Of a stretch of 64,000 nucleotides of DNA, positions 9,370 to 18,244 are shown in pieces. This stretch comes from Somniosus microcephalus (Eukaryota). Location of the stretch: positions 192,014,001-192,078,000 of the forward strand of contig CM126202.1 of NCBI GenBank assembly GCA_052327205.1. The letters are read 5' to 3'. A program made the position numbers and the translations under genes. How positions within the stretch are numbered: position 1 is the first letter of the stretch; every line of letters starts with the position of its first letter. Below the pieces are notes generated by a model that ran no database searches, had not been told where the DNA came from, and worked only from the letters and a program-made list of their open reading frames with translations.

Positions 9370-11466
9370 ATGGAGAAGGTGAGACAGAGAGCAGAGCGCT
9401 TCAGCACTGAGGCTCTGGACCACTTGGTGTCTGCAGTTGAGCGCCGTCGAGATGTTCTGTATCCTGACAATGGCAAGAGGCCGAATCAAAAGGCTTACCG
9501 GCGATCTTGGAGGGAGGTTTCTCAGAGGGTCAACTCCAACAGCTTGGCGACCAGGACCCCTGTTCAGTGCAGGAAGAAATTCAACGCCTCACTCGGGTCG
9601 TTAGGGTGAGTGTTGGTTATGCAAACTTCTGATTCCCTCCATCTGCACCTAACTTCGAGGACCCTGTTGCTATGATGCCCCAATGGCCATCTGTCAGCAA
9701 GCACCCATGGCCCTTTCTGGGCACACACTTGGACATTTCTCTCAAGGCCACATGTAAGGGCTCTTGCACCATGGGGGGCATGAGATGATCTCTCAAGGCA
9801 TCATGTAAGGGCTCTTGCACCATGGGGGGCATGAGATGATCTCTCAAGGCATCATGTTACAGAACTTCCCCTTCTTTCCCCTGCAGTCCAAGCTGGCGAC
9901 GATGCGAAAGGAGCAGCGTCGAACCGGTGGCGGACCTCCACAAGTGGTCACTCTCACGGATCTCGAGGAGAGAGTGCACCAGATTCTTGGAGGACGTCTG
10001 TCTGGTCCTGTTACCACTGCAGCTGCCGACCCCATTCTCGACAGCGATGGTAAGGTTCTCACCTTTTGCAACTGTCTCCTTCCACTTGGTCCCCCCGCCA
10101 GCATGCTTCCTCAGTGTGCCACAATCTGCCATGCCTTTCCGCCAACCTGTCCTTTTGCTAAAGCCACTCTTCCACCTCCCTGCTTTCAGATGATGCATCA
10201 CCAACTGGGGCTCCACGCCCTGAAGCTGCCAGTGCCAGTGCCTCCGGAGGTGAGGATCAGGAGGAAACCGGACCATCTGCTCCAATCTTAGAGGAGCATA
10301 CACATGTACAGACTGGGGATAGTAGTTCCCTGGAGGGGAGCGGGGGGGGCTCTGATGATCAGGCAGTTGCCGGACCAAGCGGCATGCAGCAACGCAAGGG
10401 GGGTAGGCAAGTTCGGCCACCGTCTCCCCGGAGGGCAAGGCAGGTAGTGATGACTGCTGCACCGAGTGCAGAGGAGGTGCGTCGCCTGGCTGAAATGAGC
10501 ACCCAGGCCCGGCTCAGGCACACTGAGCTGATGGCTGCAGTGGGGAGGATGCCTCAGTCAATAGATACACTGGCAAAGAGTGTGTTGGACTTCGGGGCAA
10601 CAATGGAGAGGAGTTTCCAGGGCTTCGGGGCAACAATGGACAGGACTCTCCAGGGCTTCGGGGCAACAATGGAGAGGTCTGTCGAGGGCTTTGGACCAAC
10701 AATGGAGAGGACTGTCCAGGGCTTCGAGGCCGCTATGGAAAGGACTGTTCAGGGCTTTGGACAATCCCTGGAAAGGTCTGTCCAGGGCTTGTCCGAGGCA
10801 GTGGAGTGGTCAGCACCGGCCTTGTCCGAAGCAATGGAAAGAACTGTCCAGGGCTTGTCTGAGGCAGTGGAGTGGTCAGCACCGGCCTTGTCCGAAGCAA
10901 TGGAAAGAACTGTCCAGGGCTTCTCCGGAGCACTGGCACCTGGCTCACAGGTCCTCACTGCTGCCACGCAGTCACTTGCCGGCCTCGTCCACACCCAGAT
11001 TGAGGCAACGCGAACTCTCACTGCAGCCACCCTATCTGCATCAGCTAGGATCACCCCAGGCCCTTCCAGTCCCATACAAGGCCAGGAATCAGTGGAGCAT
11101 GCGATTGTGGTGGATGAGCCGAGCCGGTCCCCTCAGAGAGCCAGTGTGTCATCCGACAATGGTGCAGGTGTCCTCTCTCGGCAGGTGACCATTCCACATG
11201 CCAGCGCTGGCACGTCTGCAGTGCAGCTGCCACCACCTGCAGTGCACACTGCTTCCAGCCATGCTCAGATCAAGCATCCTGCATCCGCACCCTCCAAGCC
11301 CAGAGGTCGGCCAGCCCGTCCCTCAGGGGCTTCTGCGCTTCCAGACAGTCAGCAGGCGTCCCCCAGCCTTCACCCCGCCACAGGGGTTCAATTACGTAGG
11401 AGCAGCAGGGAGGGAAGGGGCCGAGCGCGAAAGAGAAGTCGTTCTCCATCAAGGGGCCAGCAGTAG
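9370..11466 (+). CDS. Harbinger Myb/SANT-like protein, 3 exons (9370-9605, 9887-10049, 10190-11466), ~558 aa if one missing base in exon 1 is restored
   Basis: Exon 1 'RFSTEALDHLVSAVERRRDVLY...WREVSQRVN...QCRKKFN'. Donors gtgagt (9606) and gtaagg (10050); acceptors at 9886 and 10189. Exon 3 is open from 10190 to the stop at 11466. Exon 1 is 236 nt, one base short of phase 0 ('aacgcctc' vs expected 'aacgacctc', KFNDL). Confidence 0.85.
9738..9857. repeat. 51-bp tandem repeat (~2.4 copies) in intron 1 of the Myb gene
   Basis: Unit starts 'tctctcaaggc' at 9738, 9789 and 9840. Confidence 0.9.
10588..10917 (+). repeat. Coding 33-bp tandem repeat x10 (11-aa units)
   Basis: DFGATMERSFQ/GFGATMDRTLQ/GFGATMERSVE/GFGPTMERTVQ/GFEAAMERTVQ/GFGQSLERSVQ/GLSEAVEWSAP/ALSEAMERTVQ/GLSEAVEWSAP/ALSEAMERTVQ. 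Confidence 0.95.
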
Positions 11467-11743
11467 AGGGAGGTCCTGAGACGTTTCTTTGGCCAAAATC
11501 AAGGAGACCCTCACCTGTTGGAATTGTTGGAAATAGTTTGTTCAGTTTGGCGGCTTTGCCGAAGAGTTTACTGTTATTTTGTTAGTTATGGTTTCTGTTG
11601 ACATGACGTTGTTTTGCTGTAATGAAAGACTTTTGTGACAATAAAGAGAAGTTTAAATGTGCTATGGTGTACGTGAATAATTACAGTGATGCTGGCCTTC
11701 AGATGCTTTCAAGCATCCAAAGTGCGCAGCAGTTAAGACACTC

Positions 11744-12344
11744 ATCATTCCGCCAGAGGGGCCTCGAGACGACTCCTCATGAGCCAGTGACGGATGGCCC
11801 TTCCACTTTCAGGAGCCCTTCCATCTTCCTCCTCCTGATCCTCCTCCTCCTCGTTCGCATGCTCCTCCTCCTCCTCCTCCTCCGCCTGCTTCTCCAGGGT
11901 CAGAGGGAAGGTGATGAATTGACGCCTTCGCCTATAAAGGGCAGCTGTAACTTGCCGGATGCAGCAGTGGACTGCAACCTGAGAGATATTCGCGATGTCC
12001 CCAATGGCTCACTGAAAGGATCCGTTGCCATAAAAATTGAGGCCAACAGTCAGTTTAGCAGCCACCGACAGAGAGGTCATGCACCGTTGACGCGGCTGCA
12101 GATCCTCAGTAAGCAGGTGGCACAAGCTCAGTAACAACGTCCATCCCGATTCGGAGCCTTTGCACACACTGCTCCTCCGACATGTCAAGGTATGACCCCT
12201 AAAGACCCTCGCAGCATACCCTCGGATTGGGCAACCTCCATTGCCCCTCCTCCTTCTGGCCAATCCCGGCCCTCTCTCCCGCCGCCTTTCTGCCCCTTCA
12301 TAGTGTTCGGCCAGGAGCCCGCCGCCCTCCAAAGCATCTCCCAT
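11744..12344 (-). pseudogene. Harbinger transposase remnant: N-terminal/HTH part fused to the acidic C-terminal tail; DDE domain deleted
   Basis: 'RVFR..YLDMSEEQC..RLR', 'LCHLLTEDLQP...LSVAAKLTVGLNFYGNGSFQ*AIGDIANISQ..VHCCIRQVT..LY', then 'FITFPLTLEKQAE' runs directly into poly-Glu at ~11881. Confidence 0.85.
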
Positions 12345-13711
12345 TCCGATGCCAGTTGGTCAAAAGGCTGCTAGGTCTAGTGCTCCAACTGCTCCGGACA
12401 GGTTTGAGGGTCCCAAGTACTCTAATGCTAAAATCCAAAAACTCTGCTCCACAGTAGCTCCCCAACTCTCTCCACCAACGATCGCAATGAACAGGCCAAG
12501 TGGCTGAAGCTTCTATACTAGAGCTGTCCCCTTTAAATAGCGCCCCCCCCCCGACTCCGAGAAGGGCCTGCTAACGCTCCTTCGAACTGTCACTAATAGC
12601 GCTAGGCGTTAAGGCTCCGGGCGCCACCCAATATCCGCTCAGGCGCCCCTAAAAGGCATTGCACCATGAAATGACGTCATTATGTGCTTGCGCTCGCGGG
12701 CGCGCGCAAACACTTAGCGCAGGCGTTAAATGTATAGTCAATATGGGAGTTGTCATTATCTTCATTGCGCCCGCCCCAACATTAGGTCACGCCCCAATTC
12801 TCGGTCTCTTTAGGCGCTAACCGCTGGCGCAAACAACCGAATTTCTAGGCCTCTATCTAGTGTCACTTCATTGGAACAACCTCTCTCACCATTGACAGAT
12901 CGCTTCTGTCATCTCAAGTTTACCTGCCATCTATTACATCAGCGTCGGTGCCCTTGAAACTATCTCACCTTGGTCCTCAGAATCCCACCATGACCAGCCC
13001 CAACACCAGCAGCACCAGGCACACCAGCAGCACCAACAACAACACCAACCTTCTCCGCAATCAACTGCTGCTGCACAGGACACAGGGCATCAGCACTCGA
13101 CCACATTGCAGCCCGGAAGGCCATAGCCAGATTTACTTCACTTGAGGCAGTACACCCTAGCTGCCACATGATGTGCCAGGTTAGCACCACCCCACACCAA
13201 CACCATAAAGCATCCCTACAATGCCCAAGTCATTCCTTTCACACTCACCACCATTGCGGGGAGTACCGTTTTGTCTCACCATTCACTGCAACTCACTAAG
13301 CCACTTCCAAAAGTGCACACAGATCTGTCCGAGAATGCAAAGTATTGAAAATAAAGATTTCAATGTTTGACAGCACATTAACAGAAACTTTACATGAACA
13401 TTGGCTAAAACACTCAAGTGCCTACCCTTGTGTGTTGTTAGTTGGTATGATTGGACTAGGATGAGGGTGAGTGTGAGGGGTGGCTAGTGAGATGGGGAAG
13501 TGAAAATGCAGATATAGAGGGATGGGTGGAGGTGCAAGGAAAGTTGGTGTGAGTAATAATGTGCAGGAGTAGGGTAGGGAAAGCAGAATGATGGGGATGT
13601 GATGAGTGGCACAGCAGGATGAGGTTGAGTGTGGCTTTGCAGTAACGTTTCGTGATCTACTGAGACCATTGAAAGGTTTGCACCACTGCAGCCTGGTCCT
13701 CCTGACCACAT

Positions 13712-13744
13712 ATATAATTGCAAAATACTGCAGATGCTGGAAAT
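13712..13744. mobile_element. Very short Penelope-like fragment with 10-bp TSD
   Basis: 'gcaaaatactgcagatgctggaaat' (same text as 8606-8630), flanked by 'ctgaccacat' at 13702-13711 and 13745-13754. Confidence 0.7.
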
Positions 13745-14184
13745 CTGACCACATCCCTGCTTGTGTCCTCCTGTGCAATGTGCAGATGACTCAGTGATCT
13801 CATGGGGAGGTCTCTTCCGCCAATTGGAAGGGAAGAGAACCTCCCTGTGTTCTGTGACTCCCTCATCAGACCCGCTTCCTTCAATTGGTTGGCAAACGCG
13901 CTGGGTGGCCCAATCAACGTAAAATCACTTTGGACAGCGGGCTAGAGCCAGCAGCGAGGTCGGGACCCGCCACCGACCCCGGCCGCACTGGACCCGCCGA
14001 GGTAGGAGAAGTCACGGCCAATATGTCAGATCACGATTCATATCCTTCAATCTTGATTGGTCAAATGTGTACTGCGATGAAACCATGTTATGATTTTCTA
14101 TATGTCAACAGGTTATTTCAGCAACTTTAATTGGGTAAAACTTACTTTTTGTAGTATAATTTATATTAATATATATTTAATTTT

Positions 14185-14978
14185 GGGGGCAATTTTCCAA
14201 CTTTGTACTCTCAGGGCTATTTTGTGACTGGGGGCGTGTTGGAGGCGGTACTGCTGCTTGTCGGGTCAATGTCCTGTCTCCATCGATTTGTGGCCAACCC
14301 ACGCTATTTTCCCTTGATTGACCTTGTTAAGCCCGCCCAGCAGAGCTTGTCAACGTAATATTTTTGACAGATGATTTGTCATTGTTTTGACAGCTCTGTG
14401 AAGCTGTCAAACAGTGACATTCTCTGCATTTTGATGGGGTCTTGCATACAGGACCCCATCAAACTTCTTTCTTTAACAGAATTGAGATGGTTGTTGGATC
14501 TGTGAATGCAATGGCCACTTGTCAATCCCAACGCGGAGGTCCGAGACTCTCCACATACAATCCGACTGAAGCCTACAGAAAGAAACAAAGGTAAGTACAC
14601 TTTTAAAAACACTTTGCACTTACCTCAGATACTCACCTCTGCACTCTTGCACCCATCACTTACCTTCGCAACACACTTTTGCACCCCCCCCCCGACCCCC
14701 GCAGACCCAGTACTCGCCTTGCCTCGCTGGCGTGTTTTGGAGCCTTCGGGAAGCCCGCACTTGTGAGGGCAAAAAGGGGATAATCCTATTTTCTGCCTGT
14801 TAATCACCTGTTAATGGACAGTTAATAAGCTTTAATCTCTTCCCGCCTCCAAGGAGACGGGACCCGGCGTGGGACGGCTACCCGCCTCCTGGGAAGGTGG
14901 CACAGCCCCCAAAATCTGCCATTTTCCCGGCAGTCCTGCCTCCATACCCGCCTCCCCAGGGCTGGCAAGATCGCCCCC
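14185..14978. mobile_element. Harbinger-type MITE
   Basis: Termini 'gggggcaattttcc' and 'ggcaagatcgccccc'. Internal palindrome 'ttttgacag...ctgtcaaa'. No clear TSD. Confidence 0.65.
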
Positions 14979-15644
14979 TCAGTAGGAAACTTCGGCTGTC
15001 AGAAGTGGATATCGGAAATTCGAGCACCATTGGAATGCTTGATGTGCACTCTCAGCGGACAATGCTAATCATTTGGAGCACAAATTCAGAAAATTACTCC
15101 TTATGTGTTTAAAAATCATAGTAACCTGGTAACAGTTTTAGGGAGGAGAAAACCTTTGGTCCATCTAGCCCACCTATCCACAGTATTCCCTTGATGCTTT
15201 TCTAATAACCCTTAACCCTATATATGGACAAGAACCTCTCTAGTTCCTTCTTAAAACCCATTACAATTTCATAAAATTTTTAATGTTGTTTTTCTTGTAT
15301 GGGGTTCAAACAAACTTACTTACAAGTACTTTGTCGGGCAGCATATGATTAAACATAAAGAGGGAATAATAAAAATGGTACAAATTAAAATGACAAACTA
15401 ATAATATAATGGACAGATACAAACTATGTGTTCAACTTCAGTTCACATAAGAAATTGTACAAATATCATATACTTCATATAAGAAAATCAACTCTTTTTG
15501 ATTTATCACAATTTTTAAGACCTACTGATAAAGAACAGTTGAAAAAACTTTAAAAACAAGTTTTTATGATCTACCAGTTTTCAAATTCATCTTAATTAGG
15601 ATATGACATTAAGTGGTTTGAATCAACTGACAATTACTGATGAA

Positions 15645-15780
15645 CAGAAAGCAAAATACTACAAATGCTGAAAGTCTAAAACAAAAACAGAAAATGCTGG
15701 AAACACACAGCAGCATCTGTGGCGAGAACAAACAAGTTCACATTTTGAGTGTGCAAACTCTTTGTGAGAAGTGGAAGATA
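15645..15780 (-). mobile_element. Old Penelope-like terminal repeat fragment
   Basis: 'gcaaaatactacaaatgctgaaagtctaaaacaaaaacagaaaatgctggaaacacacagcagcatctgtgg', homologous to 8602-8726. Confidence 0.65.
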
Positions 15781-16059
15781 TTACATGTGAACAGCATTTA
15801 AAAAGGGAGAGGACAGGACAAGGGGTGGCGCGGCGGGTGACGGTAGAAACACACGTACAGGCGAAAAATTAGAATGGCCTATAAAGTGCTTAAATGGAAA
15901 ACACGAGATGGTTAAATGGCAGAAACATGAGCCAATAAGAGGCATAATGAGAGAAATTAAAGACATAGCGAAACAAAAAAAATGAAATAAATTCACACAC
16001 TCTGTAGCTACATCAGCCGTACCTTGTGTCACCTTAACCTGACAACTATTTAGTAGTTA

Positions 16060-16330
16060 CAGTAGCCTACTTATGGTATTGGATTAGCAACCCAAAAGTT
16101 ATGAATTCAAATCCTACCATGACAAGTTATGAAATTGAATTTGTGAGTTGGTATGAGAAAATGACAACGAAAGCTGCTAAATTGTTGTTTTAAAAAAGCC
16201 CAACTGGTTCATTAATGTCCTTCAGAAAAGTGAAGCTGCCATCCTAATCAAGTCTGCCCTCAGGGCAACTAGTGTTGAGCAATCATTACTGTTTTGTCAG
16301 TGTCACCCACATCCCAAGAACAAATGAATG
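16060..16330 (+). mobile_element. tRNA-derived SINE remnant
   Basis: 'gaattcaaatcctaccatg' B-box-like head; 'actggttcattaatgtccttcag', 'agggcaactag', 'cacatcccaagaacaaatgaat' tail. Confidence 0.6.
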
Positions 16331-16349
16331 AAAAGTTATCCACAGTATT

Positions 16350-16915
16350 GCCATTACCTAGCAGTTATACCAGATGGGTGATATTTCACTTTAACCTGAC
16401 CACTAAAGAAACTATATCTTGTTATTACCTTGCCATGCCAGCTTTATTTTGTATCACTTTAACCCGGCAACTGTACTAACTAAATTCTGTGAGGAGAATT
16501 TTCTAAAGCCATTTACCAACAGCAGTGCCTCGCGCAGAGCAAGTGACTTATCACAAAATTGTAGGTGCATTACCCTTAATTTTCCAACCATTAATGTCAA
16601 AGCACCTAGGATTTTCTGATAGTTCACTCACTGCATGCGAAGCAGTAGAAAGTTTCACCTTTCATTTACTTGTACATGTTAATCTAGCAGCAGCTTTATT
16701 CCAAATCATTTTAACCTGACAGTTATACCAGTCATATGTGTGTCACTTAACCTAGCAGGTCACATAGATATGTCCTGTATTTGACCCTTGCAGCTGTACT
16801 CCACGCTACCTTAATTCAACAGTTATACTCGTGTGGTGCTGTAATGAACAAAACTGATCAAATGCAAAGAATTATCTTTGACTACAAGTCAAATAAGTTA
16901 TTTTAACCTAACAAA
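16350..16915. repeat. Highly degenerate minisatellite, core TTAACCTRRCAGTTATAC
   Basis: Core variants at ~16353, 16389, 16458, 16678, 16710, 16746, 16780, 16809 and 16902 (also 16033). Spacing is often ~30-36 bp. Confidence 0.55.
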
Positions 16916-16957
16916 TCACTGCTGAGATCACATTGTGAACATTGTATGCAGTTTTTA

Positions 16958-17552
16958 CATAAGATTACATAGGATATACAGCACAGAAACAGGCCATTCG
17001 GCCCAACCAGTCCATGCCGGCGTTTATGCTCCACTCAAGCCTCCTCCCGTCTTTCCTCATCTAAATCTATCAGCATAATCCGCTATTCCCTTGTCCCTCA
17101 TCTGCTTATCCAGCCTCCCCTTAAATGTATCTATATTATTCGCTTCCACTACTCCCTGTGCTAGCGAGTTCCATATTCTCACCACTCTTTGGGTAAAGAA
17201 GTTTCTATGAATTCTCTATTTGATTTCTTGGTGACTATCTTATATTGATGGCCTCTAGTTTTGCTCTTCCCCACAAGTGGAAACATTCTCTCTGTATCTA
17301 CTCTTATCCTTTAATAAGTTTAAAGACCTCTATTAGGTCACCACTCAGCCTTCTCTTTTCAAGAAAAAAGAAACCCAGCCTGTTCATCCTTTCCTGATAG
17401 GTATACCCTTGCATTTCTGGTATCATCCTGGTAAATTGTTTTTGCACCTCTCCAGTGCCTCTTTATCCTTTTTATAATATGGCGACCAGAATTGTACGCG
17501 GTACTCTACAAGTGTGGTCTAACAAAGGTTCGGTACAAGTTTAGCATTGCTT
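16958..17552 (-). mobile_element. 5'-truncated CR1 LINE (3' end of ORF2 plus tail)
   Basis: Tail 'acataagattacataggatatacagcacagaaacaggccattcggccc' followed by RT C-terminal-like sequence parallel to 18245-18740. Confidence 0.85.
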
Positions 17553-17569
17553 TCAATAGGACATTGTTG

Positions 17570-17900
17570 TTTTGAAAGAAGGTTCAGCGAAAACAGCATC
17601 AAGGAGGATTTGAGGCCCGAAGTTAAGAGGACAGGCTTACAGAGCTGAACTTCATTATAGAGAAAATAAGATTGAGGGAAGAAATGATCCAGGTCGTCAA
17701 ATATAACATGGCTATTTGACTTAGATTGCATGCACAGAAACTGCATGACACAGGCTTAAAATGAACCACCTTCTGGTGAGACTGCAGACTAAAAGAAACT
17801 TATTTCCCCACAAAGTAGTGGATATGCAAAAGTAGTTAAAGCTATCTATGTCCATCAACGCCTTCAAAAAGGAACTGGATAAATATCTGGTTGTGAATAA
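17570..17900 (+). mobile_element. Ancient CR1/L2-type LINE 3' fragment
   Basis: Degenerate 'gacaggcttacagagctgaac...atgatccaggtc...ccttcaaaaaggaactggataaatatctg' (FKKELDKYL-like). Confidence 0.5.
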
Positions 17901-18244
17901 GACTGGAAGACATATACAGATACGTGTAGACTGAGAATATCAACTACTCCACAGACCACAGTTCTGTCCGGGAGGAGGGGATTATGTTGTCTGTGGAAGG
18001 CATCAGGCAGCATTGAACATAAGAACATAAGAAATAGGAGCAGGAGTAGGCCAATCGGCCCCTCGAGCCTGCTCCGCCATTCAATAAGATCATGGCTGAT
18101 CTGATCCTAACCGCCAATCTACTATCACAGAACCATCTCCTGAATCTAACAGAATTAGACACACGAAATAGGAGCAGGATCAGGCTACACGGCCCCTGGG
18201 CCCGCTCTGCTACCTACAGGGCCATGTCCGATCCGAACCTAGAC

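Larger units (their letters stand above)
9012..12851. mobile_element. Complete-ended PIF/Harbinger element (element 2), non-autonomous through loss of the transposase catalytic domain
   Basis: Perfect 12-bp TIRs 'ggcctagaaatt' (9012-9023) and 'aatttctaggcc' (12840-12851). 3-bp TSD TCT (9009-9011, 12852-12854). CpG-rich subterminal regions. Confidence 0.95.
8413..14019. mobile_element. Internally deleted Harbinger element (host), interrupted by three later insertions
   Basis: GC-rich termini with AAT on both sides (8410-8412 and 14020-14022). Minus-strand Myb exon remnant ~13630-13830 ('LQWCKPFNGLSRSR'). Transposase 5' remnant ~12945-13190. Confidence 0.7.

Noticed and set aside
10514-11479. 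Alternative-frame and antisense ORFs (e.g. 10580..11188) over the 33-bp repeat
   Set aside because: Shadows of the repeated, GC-rich Myb exon 3; only the 10190-11466 frame joins the spliced Myb domain.
11622-12134. 170-aa plus-strand ORF with a poly-Leu 'transmembrane' stretch
   Set aside because: It is the antisense reading of the transposase poly-Glu (GAG)n tract.
16350-16915. CRISPR array interpretation of the repeat-spacer pattern
   Set aside because: Repeats are highly degenerate and irregularly spaced, there are no cas genes, and the context is vertebrate genomic DNA.
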